A stretch of DNA of 64,000 nucleotides from positions 70,222 through 134,221 of the forward strand of contig CAZHVK010000004.1 in the NCBI GenBank assembly GCA_964535955.1, given 5' to 3'. Shown piece after piece: positions 11,211-21,618 of this stretch (positions are counted from its first letter, which is position 1; every line of letters starts with the position of its first letter). This DNA comes from an uncultured Methanosarcinales archaeon. GTDB lineage: Archaea; Nanobdellota; Nanobdellia; Woesearchaeales; CAXGTL01. The translations under genes were made by a program, and so were the position numbers. Below the pieces are notes generated by a model. That model worked only from the letters and a program-made list of their open reading frames with translations, ran no database searches and was not told where the DNA came from.

Positions 11211-11281
11211 GTTTTTACCCCTCTCACGAGAATTCCATATGTTGTTAGATAGAGGTTATTTATAAATGTTTTGTTTCATCT

Positions 11282-12733
11282 TTAATAACTCTTGCCAAAA
11301 TACATCCAGACCTTTGCCTTCTTACCGCAATGTACACAATTAGTCTTTTCCTTAGGTTGTTTTAATGGTGAGTTAAGAGTTTTTGCTCCACCAGACTTGT
11401 CCTTTATCCAATCTTCGCATTCAGAACCTTCACACCAAGGAGCAAATACTAATTTCTTATCTGAAATTGCTTTTTTAAACTCATCAAAGTCTTTTGGTTT
11501 TACAATATTACTCTCAAGCAAATGTTTTGCATTAACAAATAGGTCGTGTTGCATTTGATCTAACATTTCTCTAACTTTAACAATAACATCTTTCGATGGA
11601 ATGAAATCTTTTTTACCAGTATCTCTTCTAGCAATAACAACTTGATCCTTATCAACATCTTTAGGACCAATCTCCAACCTTAAAGGCATACCCTTCAACT
11701 CATGGTCATGAAACTTAAACCCAGGTGTAACATCTGAACGGTCATCTATAATTGGATTATATTTACCTAACATTGTAGCAATTTCTTTAACCTTTGTCAT
11801 TACCTTATCTTTACTATCTTCTCTATGAATTGGAACAATAACCAATTTATTGAAAGCTAACCTAGGCGGCATAACTAACCCTTTATCATCAGAGTGTATT
11901 GCAAACATCACTCCTAACATTCTAGTTGTAATTGCCCAAGTATTTTGATAAGCAAATTCTTCCTCACCTTTCTTATTCAAGAACTTTATATCATAAGCTT
12001 TTGAAAATATTTGTCCATCATGATGAAAATCTGGTCCTTGAATTGCTTTCCCACTTGGTAAAAAGAATTCCATTGTAATTGTATACTCTGCACCAGGAAA
12101 TGTTTCACTTTTTGATTTTTTCCCAATCAAAGATGGCAAAGCCATATAATTTTCACAAATATCATTGTATATTCCAATTATTTGTTTTCTTTCTGCTTCA
12201 GCTTCTTTTTTTGTAGCAAAAACTGTGTGCCCTTCATTCCATAAAAATTCTCTAGAACGTAAAATAGGAACAGGATGTTTAAATTCCCATCTAACCACAT
12301 TGTTCCATTGATTCAATTTTAAAGGCAGATCTCTATGAGAACGAATCCATTTAGAATACGATTCATACATAATTGTTTCAGATGTTGGCCTTATAGCTAA
12401 TTTTTCATTAAGTTTTGAACTACCTGAATGTGTAACCCATGCAACTTCTGGCGCAAAACCTTCAATATGTTTTGTTTCTTTCATCAAAGTTGTTTCAGGT
12501 ATAAACAATGGAAAATAAGCATTTTTAATTCCAATCTTTTTAAATCTTTTATCTGTTTCTTGTTGGATTTTTTCCCATATTGCATATGATCTAGGTCTGT
12601 ACACAATACATCCAGAAACATTAGTATAATCAGCTAACTCTGCTTTTAGCATTACTTGAACATACCATTCACTAAAATTTTCATCTTTCTTAATAGTGAT
12701 ACCAATATCTTTTTTATCTTTATTGCCACTCAT
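11282..12733 (-). CDS. proS: proline--tRNA ligase (archaeal/eukaryotic type)
   Basis: FSEWY, IRPTSET, HRDLPLKLNQWNNVVRWE, REFLWNEGH, C-terminal FGKSY; ATG 12733 follows the stop of the upstream microgene. Confidence 0.97.
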   Translation of the reverse strand: MSGNKDKKDIGITIKKDENFSEWYVQVMLKAELADYTNVSGCIVYRPRSYAIWEKIQQETDKRFKKIGIKNAYFPLFIPETTLMKETKHIEGFAPEVAWVTHSGSSKLNEKLAIRPTSETIMYESYSKWIRSHRDLPLKLNQWNNVVRWEFKHPVPILRSREFLWNEGHTVFATKKEAEAERKQIIGIYNDICENYMALPSLIGKKSKSETFPGAEYTITMEFFLPSGKAIQGPDFHHDGQIFSKAYDIKFLNKKGEEEFAYQNTWAITTRMLGVMFAIHSDDKGLVMPPRLAFNKLVIVPIHREDSKDKVMTKVKEIATMLGKYNPIIDDRSDVTPGFKFHDHELKGMPLRLEIGPKDVDKDQVVIARRDTGKKDFIPSKDVIVKVREMLDQMQHDLFVNAKHLLESNIVKPKDFDEFKKAISDKKLVFAPWCEGSECEDWIKDKSGGAKTLNSPLKQPKEKTNCVHCGKKAKVWMYFGKSY

Positions 12734-12738
12734 TTTAT

Positions 12739-12891
12739 TCAATACAAAGTACCGCAATCTTTACAATACTTATCTCCACCAAGTTTCTCAAAATTACCAC
12801 TTCCACACATCATACACTCAGACACACCTCTGTATGGTTGTTTTTTTGTCTTTTTGAATTTTGATTTTATTTTATTTAGTATATTTATCAT
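12739..12891 (-). CDS. 50-aa zinc-ribbon microprotein (not in ORF track)
   Basis: MINILNKIKSKFKKTKKQPYRGVSECMMCGSGNFEKLGGDKYCKDCGTLY; two CxxC pairs; stop lies 5 nt before proS ATG. Confidence 0.7.
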   Translation of the reverse strand: MINILNKIKSKFKKTKKQPYRGVSECMMCGSGNFEKLGGDKYCKDCGTLY

Positions 12892-12925
12892 TTTGAAAAT
12901 AGAGATTATTTAGTTATTTATAAAA

Positions 12926-13237
12926 TTAACCATAAGATAAGAACATTATTCCTATCATCATTGTAATAAAATTAGCAACAAGAGAAGCAATCATTGCTCT
13001 TGTATATGTGACCTCTAATAATTTTTTTAACAATAGTCCTTCTACAGCAATCACCAACACTTCAATCACCAAAAAGGCCAAGAAAAGTCCATAAAAAAAG
13101 TTTGCTAAAGGCCATGTAAAAATATTGATCAAAACAACATATAATAACACCTGTTTTACATCTTTTTTACATATAAAATAAACTACAATAAACTCAACCA
13201 GTACAAACAATATGAATCCAATTATGTGTTTGATCAT
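12926..13237 (-). CDS. small multi-pass membrane protein
   Basis: About four hydrophobic helices; start overlaps stop of upstream gene. Confidence 0.7.
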   Translation of the reverse strand: MIKHIIGFILFVLVEFIVVYFICKKDVKQVLLYVVLINIFTWPLANFFYGLFLAFLVIEVLVIAVEGLLLKKLLEVTYTRAMIASLVANFITMMIGIMFLSYG

Positions 13238-13812
13238 TTTTCAGGTTTTTTTTTAATTATATATAACATTATCAGTAATGATATCAAAGATAATAAGTAA
13301 GCAAAGCTTGCAAAAGACACATAATCTGCATCAACTTCTTTATCAACAACAAAACTATCTTCACCTTGCATCTTGAGTGTAAATATTTCAGTTACCTTAG
13401 ATCTAGGATCCCATGTTCCTGTTGATGTTCTTCTTTTGAAATCTACATTTAATGGAATTATAAAGTCTGATGATGATTCTATTATTGGTTCAAGATATCC
13501 TTGCGACAAATTCATATCTTCAATAGATTTAATTATATCAATGTCAGAATTTTTTACAGCATACAATTTTACCATATTAAACTTGTATCCAAAATAGATG
13601 CATTTATCTTGTTTAAGTTTCATGAATATGTTTTCAGAGCCACCTACTTTTTGATCATTATAAGCTAGAATAGTATAATCAGGAAAATCATCAATATTGT
13701 CAATCTTTGCACAGTATGAAACATCTTTAGTTCCAGGCATAATCAGATCAGCAGAAACAATCGAACCTAATAATATGATGATTCCAATTATGATTATTAA
13801 TCTATTTTTCAT
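13234..13812 (-). CDS. exported protein with C-terminal membrane anchor
   Basis: Signal peptide ending IVSA-D; C-terminal TM plus basic tail. Confidence 0.7.
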   Translation of the reverse strand: MKNRLIIIIGIIILLGSIVSADLIMPGTKDVSYCAKIDNIDDFPDYTILAYNDQKVGGSENIFMKLKQDKCIYFGYKFNMVKLYAVKNSDIDIIKSIEDMNLSQGYLEPIIESSSDFIIPLNVDFKRRTSTGTWDPRSKVTEIFTLKMQGEDSFVVDKEVDADYVSFASFAYLLSLISLLIMLYIIKKKPEK

Positions 13813-13813
13813 C

Positions 13814-14908
13814 TTATTTCTTTCCTTTCTTCTTCACCAACAACTTAAGCTGGCTTTCAATAGAACTTATTTTAATCTTTAATTGGTCATAAGTTTCTTT
13901 TAATTCTTTTTTGATCACTTTATTTGTAACTTGTTTTAATGCTTTTTCAAGATTTTCTTTTTTAGTTATCAATGTTCTTAGTTTATCTTCAAGTTTCTTT
14001 TTCTCTTTCAGAATCCTTCTTTCTTTTTCAGCTTTTTCAAACACCAATCTTTCAATATGTTTAGCCTTATCTTTTACCTCAGACACACTTTCTTTTACTT
14101 TGTATTTAGAAATAAATTTCTTTTTTTGAACATTTCTAATGTTAACAAAATTAGGTGAAACAATCTCAATATTTGCTTTATTACATTCATCCAATACATG
14201 TTTATGTAATTGGCTTCTCATTCCTGTAATTTGTTTAACATCTTTTAAAAAACCATTTATTTCATATGTGACTGAAAAATCTCCAAATTCTGTAATACTT
14301 ACAAAAGCTTCTTCTAAACCAATATTTTGTGCAGCTTTTAACAATACTTTTTCAACCTTAGGTCTTGGTAAATCATAACCAAGACTTACTTTTGTTGAAA
14401 TCACAGCACCTAATTCAGAATAATTAGTCATTTTTCCTGACATTACCAGACTATTTGGAATTGTTACTAATGTCCTTTTTTGTGTTTGTACTTCAGTATG
14501 AAACAAGCTTAATTCTGTTACTTCTCCTAATACACCTTGAAACTCTACAATATCTCCAATTTTATATTGTTTTAATAATTTCACCAACACTCCTGACATA
14601 CCATTTGCTATTATTGATGAAGAAGAAAAAGCAACAAGTCCTCCTGCAACCAAAATAAATACTTGGATTATGCCTGACTGAATTCCAGGAATATTTAATA
14701 AGAAAAAAATAACAGCAATAATATAAATCATAACTTTAATTGTGTATTTACTAAATAATGCTTTATACCCATAATGTTTTCTAATGAAATTATATATTTT
14801 GTCTGTGATAAAATTAGCAAAAAAAGCAACAACAATGATCATAAGAATATTGATTATATTTGGCATATAACCTTCAATAGCTTTTAAAAAAGATTCCAAC
14901 CCAATCAT
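13814..14908 (-). CDS. mscS: small-conductance mechanosensitive channel
   Basis: 3 TM then YKIGDIVEFQGVLGEV...VTIPNS...NYS; coiled-coil tail; start chosen from TATA spacing (ORF open to 14929). Confidence 0.9.
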   Translation of the reverse strand: MIGLESFLKAIEGYMPNIINILMIIVVAFFANFITDKIYNFIRKHYGYKALFSKYTIKVMIYIIAVIFFLLNIPGIQSGIIQVFILVAGGLVAFSSSSIIANGMSGVLVKLLKQYKIGDIVEFQGVLGEVTELSLFHTEVQTQKRTLVTIPNSLVMSGKMTNYSELGAVISTKVSLGYDLPRPKVEKVLLKAAQNIGLEEAFVSITEFGDFSVTYEINGFLKDVKQITGMRSQLHKHVLDECNKANIEIVSPNFVNIRNVQKKKFISKYKVKESVSEVKDKAKHIERLVFEKAEKERRILKEKKKLEDKLRTLITKKENLEKALKQVTNKVIKKELKETYDQLKIKISSIESQLKLLVKKKGKK

Positions 14909-15247
14909 ATATATAAAAAATAGAACCATATTATATAAATGTTTGTTGTTACTTTAGAATTGTCATAGAAATAAACTTAACAAGAATCTTCCTTAACAAA
15001 CATAAGAGGCCTTTTCTTCATCCTCATAAAAATCCTACCATCACGAACTTCTATCTGCCTGAATTTCATTACTAATCCTTCTATTTTTTGGAAATTGAAT
15101 AAAATAATATACACCCCCCACAACATGATAGCATAATACCACTATATGCACTCTTATATTGTACTTATTATATTAGTAATTTTGCTTTAAAAGTCTTTTG
15201 ATTTTATTATACAAAAACCTACACTAATGTAAATTAAAGTAGATTGA

Positions 15248-16090
15248 TTAAAGAATTTGAGCAACCACAACACACAAAAGAATAACAATTCCAGCTATTA
15301 ATTTCTTCATCTCAAGCTTTTCTTTTAACCAAACAAGAGCATAAATATAAAGCAGTATTGGCATCAAAGTCATTATCAGCATTGTATAGACAACTCCAAA
15401 CTTCTGAAAACTATAATATGTTAGAACAAGCTGGGTGATTATCAAGATCTGTGTAATAGTTAGATGAAAATATTTCTTTCTATCTAATTTCTTAAGATTT
15501 GGTCTAAAATATATCACAAGTATGATCATAATAAAAAAACATCTTATAAAATATAAAGTAAAGGCATTATATGTATATAATAAATATTTTACAATCACAT
15601 TTTCAACTGCAAATAATGCCATTGCACCTAAGATCATCAAAGCACTTTTATGAAACTTAAGATGATGCCTTTTCACATGAGACCATATCAATGCTAATGA
15701 TGCAATGAATGCAGGAATCAAGATATAAGGATTTCTTTCATCAATATAAATGATTGCAGAGAATAGTATAGTGAACATGTTTCCAAAAACAAGCAATGCA
15801 TCTGTTTCTGTTAATTGTTCAGATTTCATTCCATGAAAAAGCCAAACATTTGCAATTGTTCCTATAATAACTATGATCAATAAAAGGATAATATTCATAG
15901 GCAAAAGAAATCCTGCACTATATTCAAATAAAAAAGGTGAAATAATCAACATAATAAAAGAAAGAAGTATAAAAGACATAGCTGTAAATAATTTATAATT
16001 AACTTTATCTTTACTAAGTATAAATTTATTAAGAAACATTTCTAATGAACCAGACACAGCTGCAATTGTTGGTATTATGAATTGTAACAT
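15248..16090 (-). CDS. EamA/DMT family transporter
   Basis: About 10 TM in two repeats; WLKEKL..KKLIAG. Confidence 0.8.
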   Translation of the reverse strand: MLQFIIPTIAAVSGSLEMFLNKFILSKDKVNYKLFTAMSFILLSFIMLIISPFLFEYSAGFLLPMNIILLLIIVIIGTIANVWLFHGMKSEQLTETDALLVFGNMFTILFSAIIYIDERNPYILIPAFIASLALIWSHVKRHHLKFHKSALMILGAMALFAVENVIVKYLLYTYNAFTLYFIRCFFIMIILVIYFRPNLKKLDRKKYFHLTITQILIITQLVLTYYSFQKFGVVYTMLIMTLMPILLYIYALVWLKEKLEMKKLIAGIVILLCVVVAQIL

Positions 16091-16117
16091 TTAATCACTC
16101 TTTTTTTGTTTTTTTTC

Positions 16118-16819
16118 TCATATAATGCTTGTATACATCATTATTCCTAGCACAATAAGTATCAAACCTTCTGCCAGGTGAAGATACTTAATATTCTTTT
16201 CTTTCCATCCACTTACTTTTTCAACTGTTGTTAAGCCAAGATATATGACCATGGTAATCGCAATCATTGGCGCAACAAATATTAAATTATATAATAATAA
16301 CCAAGGAATTGATTCTAAAAAACTTAAACTTACAGAAACATCTCCTGAAAATATAATATATGGACCAATTGTGCATGGTAATAAAAATAATGTAACAATG
16401 ATTCCTGTAAAAAAAGCACCACGCGGTGTTTCTATGCCTTTAATTATTTTTTTAACAATTGGTCTTAGCTTGATTGGCATTTCTGTTGCAATTCCACCTG
16501 GTTTGTAATCAAAATAATCTCTCATATTAAGCAATCCTAGAATTATTGCAATCACTCCAAATCCTTGGAAAACAATGCTTGAATAAAAAGCACTTTCTTT
16601 TGGAATCAGGTGAGCAAAAAACTGAATCATTATTAGGCCATAAAGAAAATATAAAATATACACAGCCAATGTAAAAGACAATCCTCCTAAAAGAACATTT
16701 CTTTTTTTATCAGGATCAGCTACAAGTAATGACATGAGTACAATAACCATTACTGCTAATGCACATGGATTTATTGCATCAACACCTGCCAATCCTATTA
16801 ATTCTATCACACTAACCAT
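16118..16819 (-). CDS. CcdA/DsbD-type transmembrane thiol-disulfide protein
   Basis: DAINPCA and LLPCTIGPY Pro-Cys motifs, 6 TM. Confidence 0.85.
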   Translation of the reverse strand: MVSVIELIGLAGVDAINPCALAVMVIVLMSLLVADPDKKRNVLLGGLSFTLAVYILYFLYGLIMIQFFAHLIPKESAFYSSIVFQGFGVIAIILGLLNMRDYFDYKPGGIATEMPIKLRPIVKKIIKGIETPRGAFFTGIIVTLFLLPCTIGPYIIFSGDVSVSLSFLESIPWLLLYNLIFVAPMIAITMVIYLGLTTVEKVSGWKEKNIKYLHLAEGLILIVLGIMMYTSII

Positions 16820-16820
16820 A

Positions 16821-17189
16821 TTAACAACCTGTTAATTCTTTTAATACATCTATACTCTTAACACCAGAATGCTTTTCTCCATCTATAATCCATGTAGGAA
16901 CTCCTCTTATACTATTTTGACTGCATATCTCTGTTTCATCATAACAATCAGTCATGTCAAACAAATCAAGTGTTAAGTTAAATTGTTCAAGATGTTCACT
17001 TAATATTTGTTTTTGATTATGACAATGACCACATGTTTTTGAAACAAATAATTTAGAATTCTCAGCAATACATTTCATTGTATTTTCATCAGTGACATTA
17101 TTAATTTTAAGAGTATTAATACCTAAAATAACAAGAACTACTATAATTGCAAGTAAAAGTGTTTTTGCATTAGCACTTATTTTTTTCAT
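16821..17189 (-). CDS. membrane-anchored thioredoxin/glutaredoxin-like protein
   Basis: CGHC active site, GVPTW cis-Pro loop. Confidence 0.85.
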   Translation of the reverse strand: MKKISANAKTLLLAIIVVLVILGINTLKINNVTDENTMKCIAENSKLFVSKTCGHCHNQKQILSEHLEQFNLTLDLFDMTDCYDETEICSQNSIRGVPTWIIDGEKHSGVKSIDVLKELTGC

Positions 17190-17313
17190 ATAAATCCCCT
17201 AATTACTATAATTTGTGTTTTTATTTATATATCTTTTGATTGAAAATAGAATAAACACAAAAAATCATAAAAATATAAATTAAAAAAAAATACAACAAAA
17301 AACAAAAAAACAA

Positions 17314-17505
17314 TTAACTTTCTTCACTCAATCCTTCATCAATATCATCTAATGTTGACCCTACATTACTAATATCTTCACCAAGTTCACCTACTTTTGC
17401 AGCAGCTTCTTCATCAGACTTAACATCACTTGTTTCACAACCAGTTGCTGTTAAAACTACTATCACTAACATCATTATTATTAATAAACAAATTATCTTC
17501 TTCAT
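17314..17505 (-). CDS. small lipoprotein
   Basis: Signal peptide with ATGC lipobox-like Cys; overlaps stop of upstream gene. Confidence 0.65.
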   Translation of the reverse strand: MKKIICLLIIMMLVIVVLTATGCETSDVKSDEEAAAKVGELGEDISNVGSTLDDIDEGLSEES

Positions 17506-20500
17506 TGTTGTTCACCTCCTTGATTTGTTTCACCTTCTCCTTCAGATTCTCCTTCACCTTCTGCTTCTCCTTCTACTGGCTGTGGTGCTTCACCTTCTCC
17601 TTCACTTTCTCCTTCAGATTCTCCTTCACCTTCGCCCCCATCACTATCATCTCCTATATCTGGTTCATCAATATGATCATGAGGCATATCAGGATAACCT
17701 AAACACACACAATTATCATTTACACAATCTGTGTTTTGATCACCACATTCTTGATGACAACCATCTGCACATTCACTTACTTCATCTTCATAATAACATT
17801 CACACCTGTTATTTATACAATCTGTTCTTGAAGATCCTGGACAATCAGCAGCACAATCATCACACCCTGGTCCAACAGCTTCAACATCTGATAAATGTCT
17901 GTCACATGCTTCTCTTGAAAGTGCACCAACTCTTACACAATCAGGATCCAGTTTAGATGTATCTGGTTCAGGCTGTCTAAAGTCTATACATTTTATATCA
18001 ACAACACATTTGTAACCTTGTGATTCATCATATATTGGTTCATCACCTGCATTTGGTCCATACTTTCTCTGACATTCTGCTTTTTCCCTTTTCCAATCTG
18101 CATCTGTAAAACAAGGTCCTTCATAATGTTTAGTGCATTTTTCTTCACATTCTTTACACTTAGGGTTTTCATAACCATCACCAGGCATACAAAAAGTATC
18201 ACCAACACATTCCATGATGCATTGTTCTTCTTTACTTATTGGCATTGGTTGAGGTCCTGGATAATATACTCCAGAATCTCCTTCTTTTTCAGACCTACAA
18301 GATCCAGGTCCTTTACTTTTACTAGGATCTTTACAATATATTAGTTCACCTTTTCCCATAACACAATTACCACTACCACTTCCTTCAGGACATTCTCCAT
18401 CCAATACTTTTGATGTTCCTTTAGGACATTTGTCATTAATATCAACAATACATGCTTGTGGCAAACCTTGGCAGCATTTTCTTGTGAACATTGGTCCATA
18501 TGGATCTGGTCCTGCTCCACCACCAAAATGTCTAGGTTCTGGTCCTTCATCAGGTCTACCAAAACATTTTGCTTCACATCTTTGACAATCAGGGTCAGGA
18601 TCATACATTGGTCTGCATGGTTTATCAACACATTCCATCATACATCTTTCTGCTTCATTTCTTGGCTCTGGTCCACCTCTTGGTCCGCCAGGCCCTCCTG
18701 GCCCACCATGCATTTCAAACATCTCTTTCATCTTACCTTCACAATATGGCATAAGATCTTCTGGTCCCATCATTCCAAATGCATAATTTGGATAAAAACA
18801 AGTCATATCCATTTTACCCATTGGTGTATCAGCAAATGCATATATTTTACATTTTTTATTTTCCACTCCAACAATTTGAACAGTTGTTTTTGGATCTTCA
18901 GGTGGATGGAAATCATATGCTTTACATATTCTTAGATGTTCATCAAATATTCTTCCATCATCAGGATAATATTCATCACCATATTCATCTCTAAGCTCAT
19001 CAAATTCCAGATCAAATTCAGGCATTTCTATTTCACCTAATTCTTCAGCAGGTGTAAACATTACATAAAGAATATCATTTAAAATAACTTCTTTAATATA
19101 TTTGATATCATGTTTTATAGATATTAAATCTTCTTTTGATATTTTTCCTATCCTTCCTCTTATATCTAGCATTAGTTCATTGACTTTCCCTTTTGCACCT
19201 TCAAACATTCCTGCAACTCTTTGGAATTTTTCAGCATTTGCATCATCGCCTTGTGATTCATGATACTTTGCTAAATCTTCTGCTTTTGCACTTAATTTAT
19301 CAAATTCTACATTTAATTGTTCTAATTTTAATGCAATATCCATCAATGTTCCAACATCAATATTTTCTCTAACATCTTCATATTCAATTTTGTTTTCATC
19401 TCCTCTTCTTACACAATCAACAAAACCAACACATCCTTTATCATCAAAATTAACAATTAGTTTTCCACCTTCATATTCACATTTTTTATATGCTTTTTCC
19501 GGAGGTCCTTGTTTATTGCAAAATTCTCTTTTTCCTTGTGTTCCTCCTTCACATTTGATAAATTCAGTACATCCTTCTGTATTATATTTGATAATTAATT
19601 TTCCACCACTTGGCTCACAATTTTCAGTTTCTGGATTTTTTGGTGGAGGGCTACATCTCGCACCTTGTTTTTGTATTGTATGAGGTTTTTCACATAATGT
19701 GATTGGACATCCTTGAGGATCAAAACCTTTTATAGGTGTACCACCATTTTCTCCACACCTTGTTTTTATTTCCCTTCTAAAGGAATTATCATCTTCTGCA
19801 CATGCTCCAAATCCTCTTCCTTCATCAAACTCTTCATGAACACAATCAACAAAATTACATCCTCTTTCATTTTTAATTATTGTTTTTCCACCTGTTTCTT
19901 CACACTTTCTTTTTACATCATCTAATTCTTCAGGAGGAGGACATTCTGTTTCCCTTTGTTCAAAAAATGCTCTTTCTTTCTCATTTTCTTTAGGTCCTTT
20001 TCTACCAAACCTACAATCAACAAACATACATCCTCTATCACCAGGAAGTATTTTAGGATCACCACCATCTTTACCGCATTGTTTTGCTTTTTCACTAACT
20101 TCATAATTAGAAGGACAGTTTTCTTTTTTGAATTTTTTTTTTGTTTCTTTATTTTCATCACATATTATCCTAAAATTACCATATTTATCCTCTTTACCAA
20201 AACATCCAGGAGGCATATCTGGTTTTTTATCTTTCATTTCTTGTCTTTTTTGTTCATCTAATTCTCTCATTTCATCTTCAAATTTTAATCTTGATTTTTC
20301 ACTATCTTCTTCCCATTGTCTTCGTTCTTCTTCCCATTGTTTGTCTTTTTCTTCATCATGTCTTTGCCATTCATCTTCTTTTCTTTTCCAATCATATTCT
20401 CTTCTTTCATCTTCTGGTTTCCATCTTTCGTCTTCTCTCCATTCATCTGTTCTAGTTCTTTCACTTTCTTGTTCCCACCTTCTTTGGTCATCCTCTCTAT

Positions 20501-20975
20501 GATCATCTACATAATTATCATCTCTATGATCATCTACATAATGGTCATCTCTATGATCATCTACATAATTATCATCTCTATGATCATCTACATAATTATC
20601 ATCTCTATGATCATCTACATAATTATCATCTCTATGATCATCTACATAATGGTCATCTCTATGGTCATCTACGTAATTATCATCTCTATGATCATCTACG
20701 TAATTATCGTCTCTATGATCATCTACATAATGATCATCTTGTTGAAAATCATCTTTAGGTTCATCATGCATTACTGGCTCTTGATGCATTGGTTCAGAAC
20801 TTTGTTGTGGCTCAGGAGCCGGAGCAGTTTCACCACCAGCATCAACATTACCTTCATCAACTTGTCTTCCAGTGATTATATTTCCACTAAAGAAATCATC
20901 AAAAAACCCAGCGCTTGCAACACTCGCAAACAGAACAATTATCAAAAACACACTTAGAAATTTATTTTTATTCAT
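17502..20975 (-). CDS. large exported Cys-rich protein with Asp/His nonapeptide repeats and acidic GE tail
   Basis: AGGTGG SD before ATG 20975; signal peptide; 9x DD(H/N)YVDDHR; repeated C-x3-GG...GC-x3-C modules. Confidence 0.8.
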   Translation of the reverse strand: MNKNKFLSVFLIIVLFASVASAGFFDDFFSGNIITGRQVDEGNVDAGGETAPAPEPQQSSEPMHQEPVMHDEPKDDFQQDDHYVDDHRDDNYVDDHRDDNYVDDHRDDHYVDDHRDDNYVDDHRDDNYVDDHRDDNYVDDHRDDHYVDDHRDDNYVDDHREDDQRRWEQESERTRTDEWREDERWKPEDERREYDWKRKEDEWQRHDEEKDKQWEEERRQWEEDSEKSRLKFEDEMRELDEQKRQEMKDKKPDMPPGCFGKEDKYGNFRIICDENKETKKKFKKENCPSNYEVSEKAKQCGKDGGDPKILPGDRGCMFVDCRFGRKGPKENEKERAFFEQRETECPPPEELDDVKRKCEETGGKTIIKNERGCNFVDCVHEEFDEGRGFGACAEDDNSFRREIKTRCGENGGTPIKGFDPQGCPITLCEKPHTIQKQGARCSPPPKNPETENCEPSGGKLIIKYNTEGCTEFIKCEGGTQGKREFCNKQGPPEKAYKKCEYEGGKLIVNFDDKGCVGFVDCVRRGDENKIEYEDVRENIDVGTLMDIALKLEQLNVEFDKLSAKAEDLAKYHESQGDDANAEKFQRVAGMFEGAKGKVNELMLDIRGRIGKISKEDLISIKHDIKYIKEVILNDILYVMFTPAEELGEIEMPEFDLEFDELRDEYGDEYYPDDGRIFDEHLRICKAYDFHPPEDPKTTVQIVGVENKKCKIYAFADTPMGKMDMTCFYPNYAFGMMGPEDLMPYCEGKMKEMFEMHGGPGGPGGPRGGPEPRNEAERCMMECVDKPCRPMYDPDPDCQRCEAKCFGRPDEGPEPRHFGGGAGPDPYGPMFTRKCCQGLPQACIVDINDKCPKGTSKVLDGECPEGSGSGNCVMGKGELIYCKDPSKSKGPGSCRSEKEGDSGVYYPGPQPMPISKEEQCIMECVGDTFCMPGDGYENPKCKECEEKCTKHYEGPCFTDADWKREKAECQRKYGPNAGDEPIYDESQGYKCVVDIKCIDFRQPEPDTSKLDPDCVRVGALSREACDRHLSDVEAVGPGCDDCAADCPGSSRTDCINNRCECYYEDEVSECADGCHQECGDQNTDCVNDNCVCLGYPDMPHDHIDEPDIGDDSDGGEGEGESEGESEGEGEAPQPVEGEAEGEGESEGEGETNQGGEQQ
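20496..20738 (-). repeat. in-frame 27-bp tandem repeat, 9 copies
   Basis: Unit GATGAT(A/C)ATTATGTAGATGATCATAGA with a few synonymous changes; no unique spacers. Confidence 0.95.
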
Positions 20976-21104
20976 TAATACCACCTTCTTTTTTATTAAT
21001 AAAACAATGATTAGTATAATAATTACTAATCTCACTTATTTAGAAGGATGATATATATAAAGTTAACGTTAAAATTATAAGAATATATACCATAAAAATA
21101 AAAA

Positions 21105-21317
21105 TCATTTAAACTTATATTCCATTTGTTTTAATGCTTCTTTAAACAATTTTTCCATTAATTTAACAATTTTAAGTCCTTCAGCAAGAGTTGTGCCAGC
21201 ACCAAATTCAATTGCCACATTACCAAGTTTTTCTCTTGAAATTTTTCCACCCATAGTTTGGACATGCTTAAACAAAATATTTGCTATCTTTGCTTTTTGT
21301 GAATCACTAAGTTCCAT
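21105..21317 (-). CDS. small hypothetical protein
   Basis: GGAGGTGA SD and upstream TTTAAATA box. Confidence 0.7.
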   Translation of the reverse strand: MELSDSQKAKIANILFKHVQTMGGKISREKLGNVAIEFGAGTTLAEGLKIVKLMEKLFKEALKQMEYKFK

Positions 21318-21442
21318 ATCAAATTCACCTCCTTATATTTTACATTAATCCTTTTACAGTATTTAAAGATTTTGCATCTTTAACACATAAATATTTCCAA
21401 AACATTTATAAACTCAAAACAATCTTTATAATTTGATATAAC

Positions 21443-21571
21443 ATGACACAAAAAACACTTTTCATGGGCAAATAAAAGCATATTGCTTAGTCTAGAATGG
21501 AATGTGTTCATTTCATTTCTTGTGCAGTAATTACTCATCATCTAACCTACCACTGTAGAGACCCTAAGCAA
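21443..21571 (+). promoter_or_regulatory. putative leader: 10-aa uORF (21443-21475) followed by a multi-stem structure (21483-21571)
   Basis: MTQKTLFMGK* downstream of TTTATAAA; closing stem TTGCTTAG/CTAAGCAA with inner stems. Confidence 0.4.
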
Positions 21572-21618
21572 ATTTATCTTTATTTTACAAAAAACAAACA
21601 AAAACCGAGGAAATCAAA

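Noticed and set aside
14976..15068. 30-aa minus-strand ORF MKFRQIEV...
   Set aside because: Too short with no recognisable motif; cannot be supported
20496..20738. CRISPR array
   Set aside because: Head-to-tail 27-bp units without unique spacers, in frame within a CDS, and no cas genes in the window
17430..20957. Many antisense or alternate-frame ORFs in the ORF track (here and across 26.9-31.8 kb and elsewhere)
   Set aside because: Shadows of long real genes with low-complexity translations and no SD or promoter
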